Below, in pieces: positions 48,543-58,337 of a DNA stretch of 64,000 bases. The notes beneath the pieces are model-generated. The model worked only from the letters and a program-made list of their open reading frames with translations. It was not told the origin of the DNA and did not search any database. Within the stretch, counting starts at the first letter, position 1. Every line of letters starts with the position of its first letter. Location of the stretch: positions 1,977 through 65,976 of the forward strand of contig CAVWPG010000002.1 in assembly GCA_963756885.1 (NCBI GenBank), in the 5' to 3' direction. The translations under genes and the position numbers were made by a program. This DNA comes from an uncultured Bacteroidales bacterium. GTDB lineage: Bacteria; Bacteroidota; Bacteroidia; Bacteroidales; VadinHA17.

Positions 48543-50912
48543 TTATTCTATCACCGTAACCTTCATCTCTCCCGGCTCCAACCCTTCCGCTTCGGCCCTT
48601 ACCTTCACAACACCCGGTTTCATTCCCGCCTTCAGTAATATACATGCAATACCTGCCTCCGCCTTCGCCGGATTAGCCCCAACCAGCGACACATCACCCG
48701 CCACTGAAAATCTTATCGGCCGGTTATCTTCAGGAAGCACTGTTCCGACAGAGTCTGTAACTGAAGCATAGACGAAAACAATGTCATTCTTGCCTGACTG
48801 AAGCTCCCTGCCGCTAAGATCCACAGACAGCGCTATCCTTTCAGGCCTGCCCGGAGTCTTCCTGACAGCAGAGACAACCTCCTTCCCGTTTATAAAACCC
48901 TTAGCCTCAAGAACTCCTGGCTCAAAGCGGCTCATCATAAACGTGAAAGGGGGCCAGGTAAGCTTCGTTGAAAACATGTCAGGCAAGGGTTTCTGACGGT
49001 AGACTACCCTGCCGTTAACTGATAATTCAACCTCCGCGCAATTGCTGAAGACCTTTACAGTCCTGAATGCCGGATCACTCCAGTAATTGGCAATGAAGAT
49101 CATGGGATCCGCATTCTCTGCCTGGCTTTTGTAAAAATAAAATGAAAACTTGGGGATCCTGAAGATATCCATTATCCCCGACGACTCTATATCAGGTGCA
49201 TAACCCCGCTTGTAGTCGAACATAAGCCAGTTTGCATCCCCAATGGCATGCCCCCTCAGATCGTCATTATGGGAGTCCTCGAAGTTGAGAGCCTGCTGAA
49301 GAAGTCTTTTCTGCCCGAAACCCCTGAGCTGCCTGGAGGAGCGCTCTTCAGGCTTCAGGCCCGCATAAGCTGTCTGGTTGAACCCGGCATTCATGGCATA
49401 ATACTCCCAGTCGCCATATTCGGCAATGAGCAAAGGCTTGTTCTTCGAATACCTGTTCCAGTAATAGGGAGGATCGGCATGCTGCCGTGCCGGGATGAAA
49501 ATATCATATACATCATCTATCCATCCGCATGTATAAACATTGCTGAAAGGAAGCTCCCCGTGAACAGCTTTATGAGCCCGTTCCATGAACTGGCGCGGCA
49601 TCTCAGTCTCATTGAGCGACGGTTCCCAAAGCACTACGCAGGGATGGTTCCTGTCGCGCCTTACCATCTGCCGGACATCAGTGATGGCATTGTCCTGAAA
49701 TTCCCCATTGCCAAAAAACTGCCATCCGGGAATCGGATCCATAACCAGGATGCCAAGCATATCGCAGGCATCCAGAAAAGCCGGAGACTGCGGGTAATGG
49801 GAACAACGGACAAAATTGAACCCCGCCTCCCTGATCTTGACCGCATCCCTGTACTGGGCATTATCGGAAAGGGCATTTCCTATATAGGGATAAGCCTGGT
49901 GACGGTTGGTACCGGTGAGCCTGACCTTCTCCCCGTTAAGGGTGAAGCCATCACGCGCTGAGACTGCAAAAGTGCGTATGCCGATCTCCATTTCAACAGA
50001 ATCGGCTGCCATACCATCGCTAAGTACTCTTACCCTGAGCTTATAAAGTGAAGGCGATCTGACTGACCAGAGACGTGGATTCTTTACTGTAAGCTTTTGA
50101 TTGAAACGGGTGAAACCAGAGGCAGGAATCTGCCTGCTGTCTGCTATTCCCGTGAGAGTTTCAGATCCGTCAGGCGATACGAGGGAATATTGCAGTCCGG
50201 CATTCCGGGGCGCGCTCCCTTCATTTTCAATATCTGCCTGAATGTTCACCTCAGCCATTGCTGCGTTCACGCTGCCGAAGCTGATAAGCATCCCTCCTCC
50301 TGCCTCCCTGCCGGCTTCAACGGCATCTGAAATATGGATCTTCTCTTTTATAAGCAGTGTAACATTCCGGTAGATCCCGCTATAATAGTTAAAATCCATC
50401 TGAGCAAGGGGCTTTCCCGGAGGGACAAGCGGGTTATCGCGGTTATCAAGCTCGACAAGCAGGCAGTTCTGTTCTCCGAAGGCGATCTTACCGGCGAGAT
50501 TAATATAGAAGGGGAGATATCCGCCCTTATGTGTCATTATAAGATCGCCGTTCAGAAAGACCCTGGCTACCTGCATGGCTCCATCGAACCGGATCGTCAG
50601 CGATTTATCCCTGTACTTTTCAGGGATAATGAAAAACTTCCTGTACCAGGCTATGCCCTGCCACTGCAGTCCTGATGAATCTGCCGGCTCAATACTGGCT
50701 GTATGAGGCAGGCTTATCTTCTGCCAGCGGGATCCGCTGCTATCCTGACCGGTAAAGAGTTCCGGTGAAATGACGCCTGCAGGATCCCTTATGAACTGCC
50801 AGTTGTAATTGAAATTACCGTCACCCACTGCTAATGAAACCTCCTCTTTTTCCTTGCAGGAGGATACAAGCAGAAGCAGGGTCGACAATGCCAATAAGCC
50901 GCGGATGATCAT
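48543..50912 (-). CDS. glycoside hydrolase family 2 (beta-galactosidase/beta-mannosidase-like), complete catalytic domain, secreted
   Basis: 789 aa. GGYLPFYINL, RDRNHPCVVLWEPSLNE (acid/base) and LLIAEYGDWEY (nucleophile region), with C-terminal Ig-like domains. Confidence 0.85.
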   Translation of the reverse strand: MIIRGLLALSTLLLLVSSCKEKEEVSLAVGDGNFNYNWQFIRDPAGVISPELFTGQDSSGSRWQKISLPHTASIEPADSSGLQWQGIAWYRKFFIIPEKYRDKSLTIRFDGAMQVARVFLNGDLIMTHKGGYLPFYINLAGKIAFGEQNCLLVELDNRDNPLVPPGKPLAQMDFNYYSGIYRNVTLLIKEKIHISDAVEAGREAGGGMLISFGSVNAAMAEVNIQADIENEGSAPRNAGLQYSLVSPDGSETLTGIADSRQIPASGFTRFNQKLTVKNPRLWSVRSPSLYKLRVRVLSDGMAADSVEMEIGIRTFAVSARDGFTLNGEKVRLTGTNRHQAYPYIGNALSDNAQYRDAVKIREAGFNFVRCSHYPQSPAFLDACDMLGILVMDPIPGWQFFGNGEFQDNAITDVRQMVRRDRNHPCVVLWEPSLNETEMPRQFMERAHKAVHGELPFSNVYTCGWIDDVYDIFIPARQHADPPYYWNRYSKNKPLLIAEYGDWEYYAMNAGFNQTAYAGLKPEERSSRQLRGFGQKRLLQQALNFEDSHNDDLRGHAIGDANWLMFDYKRGYAPDIESSGIMDIFRIPKFSFYFYKSQAENADPMIFIANYWSDPAFRTVKVFSNCAEVELSVNGRVVYRQKPLPDMFSTKLTWPPFTFMMSRFEPGVLEAKGFINGKEVVSAVRKTPGRPERIALSVDLSGRELQSGKNDIVFVYASVTDSVGTVLPEDNRPIRFSVAGDVSLVGANPAKAEAGIACILLKAGMKPGVVKVRAEAEGLEPGEMKVTVIE

Positions 50913-51128
50913 ATTTCCCGATTTTTAATAAAAGTAAGAATTATTTGTTAATTCCCGGCAGTTCACGCTTCTCAGCTTTGGCGCAGCTGTAACCGGCCAT
51001 AAGGATCTCAGAATCCTCATGCCGGTCTTCATAACAGCGTTAATCCCATCCTGAAATTGTAATCGTATATTTGCAAATCGTTCATATCTTTAAAGCCGTA
51101 AGGATAACCTTCGTCTGACAAAGAGAAC

Positions 51129-52349
51129 ATGACATCACGAGAACGGATCATAGCATCCATAAATCATATTCAGCCCGATAAAGTACCGATCGATCTTGGC
51201 AGCTCCACAGTAACCGGGATCTCAGCCATAGCCTGTAACAAACTGAAGAAGCACCTTGGGATAACCAGCCGGACAAGGGTATTTGATGTTGTCCAGCAGC
51301 TTGCGGAGGTAGATATGGAGATTGTCAATATGCTCGGAGTCGATGCCCTCGATATCAACAGGGTATCTGCTGATGGCAATGACTGGTACGATGTGGTGCT
51401 GTCCGACGGCAGCAGGGCGCAGTATCCCTCATGGTTCAGGCCGGTAAGGTCGGAAGATGGTTCCATGTACACTACCGACGGGAACGGAACAGTTATATCA
51501 AGGAAAGCGGCGGATGCAACATTTTTCGACCAGATGCATTTTCCATGGGAGGATGGATATCCGGAAAATCCTGACGATCTGAAGGAAGCACTGAAGAAAA
51601 TAAGCTGGGTCGTTCATTCCCATTCGTCAAACCTGAATGAAACAGAGCTCAGGAACAAGCTGATGACCCTGAAGGAATCGACCGGTAAAGCTCTTGTAAT
51701 GTCGGGCGGGGTGAAGCTTCTCGAGCTTGGCTTCTTCATCCGGAGAATGGACAATTTCCTGATGGACCTTATGATAGGTGACGAAAAGCTCTCCGGATTG
51801 CTCGACAGTCTTGTCGATATGCACCTTTCCGGACTGGAGAAAAAATGCCGGAATGTCGGGGATATCGTTGATGTTATAAGATTCGGCGATGATCTTGGCA
51901 TGACATCCGGTCCCTTCATGGATCTGGCCACATTCAGGAAATATCTGAAGCCCAGGTACAAGATACTGTGTGATTACGTCAGGAAGCACAGCAGCATGAA
52001 GATCTTCATGCATTCATGCGGAAGCATAAGGCAATTCATACCCGACCTGATCGAAGTCGGCTTCGATATCCTGAACCCTGTCCAGACCAACTGTTACGGC
52101 ATGGATCTCGTGGCGCTGAAGAATGAATACGGCAGGGACATTACCTTCTGGGGCGGAGGGGTCGATACATCTTCCGTCATCAGCAGGGGGACCCCGCAGG
52201 ATATAAGGAGGGATGTGCTGATCAGATGCGAGATCCTCTCGAGGGATGGAGGATTTGTCTTCGCTCCCATTCATAATATCCTCTCGGAAGTACCCCCTCA
52301 GAATGTTATGGCAGCATATAATGCCGTACGGGAATTCAATGAAGGGTAG
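51129..52349 (+). CDS. uroporphyrinogen decarboxylase (URO-D) family protein, non-HemE paralogue A
   Basis: 406 aa. FGDDLGMTSGPFM, MHSCGSI, ILNPVQ and FWGGGVD are typical of the URO-D/MtaA-like TIM barrel. Lacks the HemE N-terminal RQAGR motif. No signal peptide. Confidence 0.75.
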   Translation: MTSRERIIASINHIQPDKVPIDLGSSTVTGISAIACNKLKKHLGITSRTRVFDVVQQLAEVDMEIVNMLGVDALDINRVSADGNDWYDVVLSDGSRAQYPSWFRPVRSEDGSMYTTDGNGTVISRKAADATFFDQMHFPWEDGYPENPDDLKEALKKISWVVHSHSSNLNETELRNKLMTLKESTGKALVMSGGVKLLELGFFIRRMDNFLMDLMIGDEKLSGLLDSLVDMHLSGLEKKCRNVGDIVDVIRFGDDLGMTSGPFMDLATFRKYLKPRYKILCDYVRKHSSMKIFMHSCGSIRQFIPDLIEVGFDILNPVQTNCYGMDLVALKNEYGRDITFWGGGVDTSSVISRGTPQDIRRDVLIRCEILSRDGGFVFAPIHNILSEVPPQNVMAAYNAVREFNEG

Positions 52350-52369
52350 GAACGGGTCGCGACCCGAGC

Positions 52370-53431
52370 CTACAATAATTCTCTTCTTCTGATCTCCTTC
52401 GTCGCCCCGATCATAGCCATAAACCCGTCAACCGGAATATATCCGGGAATGGAGTTACCGGATCCGAGCCCAAAGCCTTTTGCCTTATTCCTGTAAACTG
52501 TACCGTTCTCTAAAACAGTTCTGTAAACTTCATCCGGAGAAGAAAGTATCAGAAGATTCAGGTCAAATCCTCCGAAAAGACCAATCTTATTGGAATATTT
52601 ATCGATCCAATCGATAAAGGGAGCAATCTGATCCTCATTGGAATGCTTGGCATCGATGCCCAGGCCTATGATCTCATCCATCAGCGGAAATATGCAGCCG
52701 CAGCTGTGCAGCAGGAACTTTTTACCCGAAGAATGAACGAGGTCAATAACCCTTTTGTACTGAGGAAGAATATGTTGTCTTATGATTTCAGGCTCCAGCA
52801 AAGTGGATGTCTTATGCCCGAGATCGTCTCCCATCCTGTAAAAGACGAACATGTCGTGATAATTTCCTATAACCCAGCTCCAGAGCTCAACCCAAAGATC
52901 ACCTATTCTTATGAAAAGGTCCCGGAACAGATCCGGATCCAGACACTGCATCACGCATAGTTGTTCAAAACCGACAAGATCCCGGCTGGCTTCGAAAATA
53001 CCATATCCGCATCCACCATAAGCTTTCATGCCGTCAGGAAGGGTCTTTCTTATCGCATCAAAATGAGGAATATATTTTTCCCTGAATATCCCCGGAATAT
53101 CCTCCCATGGATATTTTTCAAAATCATCCCTCGTCTGAATGGGTCCGGCCATCCCTCCCATTATTGCTCCATGTCCGGGGAAGATGTCACATATTGCTGC
53201 CTCAAAATCAAATCCGTCGTATGTCATATCTCTCCAGAAGCCGGTCACTTTCCTGTAATAACCGATCAGTTCGTCAGCAGTCAGGTTCACGGGATTTATC
53301 TCCTCTCCAAGAGCTTTGGAAATGAATGGGGGATCGATATGATGCTCATAGAGCGGTAACCTGTCAGGCCGCTGATTATTGAGCACCTGAAGGAGGTTGT
53401 GGTAATCGGGTAGGAACGAAGTGTGTTTCAT
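52370..53431 (-). CDS. URO-D family protein, divergent paralogue B
   Basis: 353 aa. MGDDLGHKTSTLL, LHSCGCIFPLMDEII and GLGSGNSIP. Lacks the RQAGR motif. Confidence 0.7.
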   Translation of the reverse strand: MKHTSFLPDYHNLLQVLNNQRPDRLPLYEHHIDPPFISKALGEEINPVNLTADELIGYYRKVTGFWRDMTYDGFDFEAAICDIFPGHGAIMGGMAGPIQTRDDFEKYPWEDIPGIFREKYIPHFDAIRKTLPDGMKAYGGCGYGIFEASRDLVGFEQLCVMQCLDPDLFRDLFIRIGDLWVELWSWVIGNYHDMFVFYRMGDDLGHKTSTLLEPEIIRQHILPQYKRVIDLVHSSGKKFLLHSCGCIFPLMDEIIGLGIDAKHSNEDQIAPFIDWIDKYSNKIGLFGGFDLNLLILSSPDEVYRTVLENGTVYRNKAKGFGLGSGNSIPGYIPVDGFMAMIGATKEIRRRELL

Positions 53432-53456
53432 GCATCAGAAATATTTACTCAATGGT

Positions 53457-53558
53457 CATAGCTAGCGCGGATTTGCAATCCGTGCTTTAAAATATTGGCT
53501 CTGCTGGCCCCAATTATGCTAGCCGGCGCCGATTTGCAATCGGGGCCTTAAACATTGT
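53457..53558. repeat. two tandem hairpin units GCTAGC..C(G/C)GATTTGCAATC(C/G)G..TTAAA(A/C)ATTG
   Basis: Hairpins CGGATTTGCAATCCG (53468-53482) and CCGATTTGCAATCGG (53529-53543), about 61 nt apart, between two minus-strand URO-D genes. Confidence 0.8.
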
Positions 53559-53576
53559 TGCATTATCACAATCCTT

Positions 53577-54836
53577 CTATCTGAACTCATCCACCGCCTC
53601 AAACATTGCCATTATATTTTCCGCAGGAACATCGGGCAGTATATTATGAACGGTATTGAACACGTATCCTCCTCCCCTGCTGAATACATCTATATTATGC
53701 CTCACATGGTCCTTCACCTGCTGCGGCGTGCCCTGGTTGAGAACGCTCTGTGTATTCACCCCTCCTCCCCAGAAAGTCAGATCGGCACCAAATTCCCTCT
53801 TGAGCTTTTCTGCATCCATGTTTACGGCATTGATCTGCACCGGGTTGATGATCTCGAACCCGGCATCTATCAGTCCGGGAATAAGCTCATATATGCCGCC
53901 GCAAACATGCAGCATGGTATGGGCCGATGAATTGGCCTTCACATAATCGCACATCATCCTGTGCCGCGGTCCGAAAAATTCCTCATAGATCTCCCTTGGC
54001 ATGAATGGACCGTTATTTGTTCCAAGGTCATCTCCGAATTTGATGATATCGACTAGATCCCCTACCGATTCACAGATCTTTGCAATGAACTCCATGTGGC
54101 CGCTGACAAGCTGATCGAGCAGCCTGTGGACATTCACAGGATCAAGGTAGAGATCCATAAGGAAATTATCTATCCGTCTGAGAAAGGTGCCCCATTCGAA
54201 GAGGTTGCATCCGATGCCTATGAGAAATGCCTTGTCGGATCGTGCCCGTTCCCTGATTATGGTTTCGCGAAGCATCTTCCAGAAATCCTTTTCATCCATC
54301 CAGTCGAAGGGGGTGAATCCGAACCCTCCCCAGATCACCCTTGTCATCTCACGGCTGATGCCTTTATAATCTGAAGGATAACCGTCAATATATGGAAATA
54401 TTATCTGATCGAAGAAGGTTGCTGCCGCTGGCATCTTGCCAATGTATTCACCGGTTTTGCCGGGTGCGAGCCAGCTGCCATCGGGTTGTATTTCAGGATT
54501 GAACCATTTGGGGTAAAGTGCCGGATAGCCTTTGATAAGTTCCAGCTCCTGCCAGTAATCTTCCGCGGTATTGAAGAAACGTCCGGCATCCACAACATCC
54601 ACCCCGAAATAGTCGAGGAATTCCATGTCAGGCTGTACAACCTCCTGGATCACATCATAGACATGAGTCTTCAGGTGGGGCTTGCCGATATGGCGGGCCA
54701 GGTTCTGCCAGGCCACTACAGATACGCCCGAACTGGGCGTGGCCCCGATATCCACCGGGAGCCTGTCGGGTTGCCTGTGGCTAATTGCGGCAAGGATTCG
54801 TTCTCGTGATGTCATAATATCCATATTTATTGGCAT
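53577..54836 (-). CDS. URO-D family protein, paralogue C (roughly half of residues identical by eye to paralogue A over the conserved C-terminal half)
   Basis: 419 aa. FGDDLGTNNGPFM, LHVCGGI, IINPVQ and FWGGGVN. The start may be the internal MTSRERILAAISHRQPDRLP at 54815, which parallels paralogue A. Confidence 0.75.
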   Translation of the reverse strand: MPINMDIMTSRERILAAISHRQPDRLPVDIGATPSSGVSVVAWQNLARHIGKPHLKTHVYDVIQEVVQPDMEFLDYFGVDVVDAGRFFNTAEDYWQELELIKGYPALYPKWFNPEIQPDGSWLAPGKTGEYIGKMPAAATFFDQIIFPYIDGYPSDYKGISREMTRVIWGGFGFTPFDWMDEKDFWKMLRETIIRERARSDKAFLIGIGCNLFEWGTFLRRIDNFLMDLYLDPVNVHRLLDQLVSGHMEFIAKICESVGDLVDIIKFGDDLGTNNGPFMPREIYEEFFGPRHRMMCDYVKANSSAHTMLHVCGGIYELIPGLIDAGFEIINPVQINAVNMDAEKLKREFGADLTFWGGGVNTQSVLNQGTPQQVKDHVRHNIDVFSRGGGYVFNTVHNILPDVPAENIMAMFEAVDEFR

Positions 54837-54840
54837 TATT

Positions 54841-55125
54841 TTTTACCACTGAGTTGCACGGTGTTTTACACGGAGTTACACTGTTATAACTGGCAGTCAA
54901 AAATGTATTTTCAGAAGATTAATTTACCTGGTTTCTTACTCCGTGATTTGCAGTCTGTTTTACTCCGTGTCCTGCACCGTGGAACTCAGTGCAACTCTGT
55001 GGTTAATGCAGCACCCTTTCAACCCTTCAACCCTTCAACCCTTCAACCCTTCAAAATTTTTCCACACCCTTCATCCAGCATCCAGCCCTCGCCTATTATT
55101 AGGCCGGCAAAGCCAGCACCATGAC
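54841..55125. repeat. mosaic repeat block R10 (CACGGAG words in inverted arrangement plus an 8-mer tandem)
   Basis: TACCACTGAGTTGCACGGTGTTTTACACGGAGTTACACTG (54844-54883), with an imperfect inverted partner at 54941-55010. CCCTTCAA x5 at 55014-55054. Confidence 0.85.
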
Positions 55126-55126
55126 C

Positions 55127-58021
55127 TTATAGCTCTATCTCAATAAACTTCACCTCATAAGGCTTAAGAATCACCGATTTCAACGGCTGCCCGATCTCTT
55201 TTCCGATCACATTCACCTCGACCATCCTCTTTATTGTCTGTCCGGGCACGGCAGACGAAAGCGTTACCTCCGCATCCTTGCCCTCGAGCTCGCGGAAGTG
55301 AAGAAGCAATGTCCCGCTCCCTTTGAAAGCAGGCCTGCTGTTAATGAGCATTGCGTTCGCCGGACCAGTAATCTTCAGAGTCCCGAGCGAAGGCGCTGTA
55401 AGCTCATTGGCCCCTGCCGGGAAAGTCCTTGACGGGAATGGGTTCCGCTCATTCCAGGCATACTTTGTTGCAAATGTATTTGTTGTATCTGCTGAAGAGG
55501 TGAGCTGGTAGCTCCAGCTGAAAGCTCCCTCCTGGAATGCCCTGAAGTTGGTCATCCAGTAGTTGTTCATCACATATGAGTAGAGCCAGGGCTTTCTTTT
55601 CTTCGGTATCCGGTCCCACTTTCCCATGTTGAAATCGCTGAACTGCCAGAGAGGCGCCTCATTGCTTACAAGGACTATCTGGCCTTTCTGCCCCCTGACA
55701 GCCACGAAATTCTGGGCAACGTTCCAGTCGGTCGATGAACCAGGCAGCTGCTGTCCCTGCGAAAGGATGCCTCCCGTCGTTTCAAAGACTATCCGTGAAC
55801 CGGGCAGGGAAAACGGGAAGGCAACATAAAGGGCTTCGGGATCGGTGATTATGAGCTTCCGGGCCATATATTTGAATTCAACCTTCTTGACATTTTTGTA
55901 AAGCCTGATCTCCAGTACAATACCCTTGGGAAGATCGCCGACCCCCGGCTCACATCCGGCCAGGTCAGATGAGATCTTTACACTTTCCCATACAGGGCCG
56001 TCGATCCCCTTGTCCACTCTGACATTATATACGGTTGTGCGGGTAAATGGCGCAATATCGCGCTTCACCGATGTCTCCCTGACGGGCTGACCTATATTAT
56101 ATGGATTCTGTCCGTCAGCTAGCTCCTGCTGCAGCTCCTTGTCGTACAGGCTCACTATGGCTCCCGTCTTCCTGTTGATGATTATCCTGTAAAAATTATT
56201 CTCCAGGATTTCATCGTTTTTTCCCGAATATGATGCCGGCTCCTGATCGCTGACCTCGATCTTCAGAGCCTTGTATCCCATGGCGGGGATATCATTTACC
56301 TCGAGCACCCAGTAGGCACCTTCTGCCCTTGTGCCCAGCACCTGTGCCGGGACTTCCCTGCCGGTAGTGAGATCGGTAATCCTGGCTTTTTTGCTGACAG
56401 GAAGGACCTCATAGTCGATAAAAAGGTTCACATCGCCCGACCTGTTCCAGCCCATGGAGTTCATGACATATATAACAGGAAAGCCCGCTTTTTTCAGGAA
56501 GGGCTGGAAGCGCGCCAGAGCCTCTTCGTTCAGCAATGTGGTCTTTTTGACAGCCTCCCATGCATAGGCTCCCTTCTGAAGCCATTGCTTGGTCGAGTTT
56601 TCGGACCAGGGCTGGCTTATACTCTCAGCGGCACCGCAGGTATGCTCATCGAAAAAGATCTCATTTTCGCTTATATGATCCATATCTGACCGGAGGGCAG
56701 GGTTCAGCTCCCCTCCCATCATGGAGACCATGGCAAACAAGCCCTGATCAACCTGCATTGTATTCTGGTTTTTCCTCACCTCTGCCGTCTCCCTCGAGGT
56801 AGAGCCATAGCCGTCGGTCCACCAGTCGAGCCATGCCTTCCGGATAACGGGAAGCCTGTCTGAATAATTCTTTTCCACATAAGCAGGAAACTCGCCGGCG
56901 ACGGCAAGTCTCAACTTCGGAGTTTCATATTTCTCATTCCATTTCTTCACAAGCTCGCAGGCCGTTGTCGAGGGGGGAGCATTATCGGTAAAATACCCGG
57001 AGAACTGGATCCCTATCCTGTCGAAGGGATAGCCTTTGCTATCGATGTCGGCAAGATGACCCAGCATATTTTCTGCCTTTATGGAGGAGCTTTCGAGCCC
57101 GAAAAAGTTGCCTGTCATATAATGATCGGCACGAAAGGCGAGCAGCCTTGCTCCCGAAGGAGCCTCCCACCAGAATGCGGTGGGCTTGTCAAACGGGAGT
57201 ACCGAGCGGGTTTCATTTATCCCCATTATAAGATATTTTACACCGGTATTCTTAAAATAATCGGGCATGCACCAGGCAATTCCGTTGACATCGTTCTGCA
57301 TTGCTGTTCTGACAGGGATGCCTGCATCGGAGAACTCTTTAAGAGGCTCAAGGAAATCGTACATCACATTTTCATCGGAGATCTCAGCCATATTGCAGTA
57401 CATGCCTGCAACCTCGATACGTCCTTCGGCGATCCTCTTTTTGAACCTTTCTATCTGCGCAGATGGTCTTGACCTGAGATATTCCCTCGTCACCCAGGCC
57501 GATTCACAGGTCCAGCGGAACTTTGCATCGTCGGGCATATTATCGGTAAGGTCGCAGTAATCGAGTGCATAATCGATATAGCGCATGTGCTCGGCCAGTA
57601 TCTCCGACTGCGGACGAGTATAGCCGATGTCGGTATGTGAATGCTCCACGAAATAGATCTCCCAGTGCTTTGGCGGCTGAAGGGTGAGCGAATACTTTTC
57701 CGGGGCGCCCTCATCGATCCTGGCAGTAAAGGTTACTGGTTTTGGCTTCGTAACGGCAGGAACAGTCAGGAGGAATTTATTCTGACCCTTCTTCAGATCA
57801 GCTGAAAGAAGTGTTTTCCCGTTGCCCGAGACAACTATCTTTCCGTCATTGTCTGAACTGCAGCTCACGGCTACCTGCTGGTATGATTTGCCGCCCTCCC
57901 TGAAGAGGACCGGGGCATTGAGGAATTCAACCTTCGGGTATGATGTCTGACCTTCAAGCTTTATAGTGCACATTGGGATCAGCAACATTATTACTGGCAG
58001 CAGGAGTTTGTGTTTTATCAT
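55127..58021 (-). CDS. glycoside hydrolase family 38 alpha-mannosidase, secreted
   Basis: 964 aa with a signal peptide. IYFVEHSHTDIGYTRPQ (the GH38 HSHxD metal/catalytic motif). Length and architecture are typical. Confidence 0.85.
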   Translation of the reverse strand: MIKHKLLLPVIMLLIPMCTIKLEGQTSYPKVEFLNAPVLFREGGKSYQQVAVSCSSDNDGKIVVSGNGKTLLSADLKKGQNKFLLTVPAVTKPKPVTFTARIDEGAPEKYSLTLQPPKHWEIYFVEHSHTDIGYTRPQSEILAEHMRYIDYALDYCDLTDNMPDDAKFRWTCESAWVTREYLRSRPSAQIERFKKRIAEGRIEVAGMYCNMAEISDENVMYDFLEPLKEFSDAGIPVRTAMQNDVNGIAWCMPDYFKNTGVKYLIMGINETRSVLPFDKPTAFWWEAPSGARLLAFRADHYMTGNFFGLESSSIKAENMLGHLADIDSKGYPFDRIGIQFSGYFTDNAPPSTTACELVKKWNEKYETPKLRLAVAGEFPAYVEKNYSDRLPVIRKAWLDWWTDGYGSTSRETAEVRKNQNTMQVDQGLFAMVSMMGGELNPALRSDMDHISENEIFFDEHTCGAAESISQPWSENSTKQWLQKGAYAWEAVKKTTLLNEEALARFQPFLKKAGFPVIYVMNSMGWNRSGDVNLFIDYEVLPVSKKARITDLTTGREVPAQVLGTRAEGAYWVLEVNDIPAMGYKALKIEVSDQEPASYSGKNDEILENNFYRIIINRKTGAIVSLYDKELQQELADGQNPYNIGQPVRETSVKRDIAPFTRTTVYNVRVDKGIDGPVWESVKISSDLAGCEPGVGDLPKGIVLEIRLYKNVKKVEFKYMARKLIITDPEALYVAFPFSLPGSRIVFETTGGILSQGQQLPGSSTDWNVAQNFVAVRGQKGQIVLVSNEAPLWQFSDFNMGKWDRIPKKRKPWLYSYVMNNYWMTNFRAFQEGAFSWSYQLTSSADTTNTFATKYAWNERNPFPSRTFPAGANELTAPSLGTLKITGPANAMLINSRPAFKGSGTLLLHFRELEGKDAEVTLSSAVPGQTIKRMVEVNVIGKEIGQPLKSVILKPYEVKFIEIEL

Positions 58022-58262
58022 GGTCGTTTATTTTAATATTTTTTTTACCACGGAGTTACACAGGGTCTTTCACGGAGTTACACGGTTTGATCAACCCAGC
58101 ACCAAGCACCCAGCCTTCGCTAGGGCTTCGGCTGGCAAAGCCAGAGCCCTGGCCCTGCGCCCTGAGCCCTGAGCCCTGCGCCCTGAGCCCTGCGCCATCC
58201 TCTGTGCTCCTCTCTTTTTTGCCCCTCCCGATAGCCATATCGGGAGACCACTGTTAAAAAAG
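58022..58262. repeat. mosaic repeat block R11
   Basis: TACCACGGAGTTACACAGGGTCTTTCACGGAGTTACACGG (58046-58085), heptads ACCCAGC/ACCAAGC, GCCCTG(C/A) x7 (58146-58196), and TTTTTTGCCCCTCCCGATAGCCATATCGGGAG..GGGGGCAAAA. Confidence 0.9.
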
Positions 58263-58337
58263 GGGGCAAAACTTAATAACTGAAAGTTTTACAGCTATAG
58301 TATTTTCACCTAAATGGGGTTGCTATAAATACCAGAT

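Noticed and set aside
49248-49961. 237-aa plus-strand ORF
   Set aside because: Antisense to the intact GH2 gene. No motifs.
54861-58257. Short ORFs inside repeat blocks (54861-55146, 57966-58257, 62780-63067, 18201-18560)
   Set aside because: They are translations of word repeats (TELHRVFHGVT, STLQPFNPSTLQPF, ALALRPEP). No start context and no coding periodicity.
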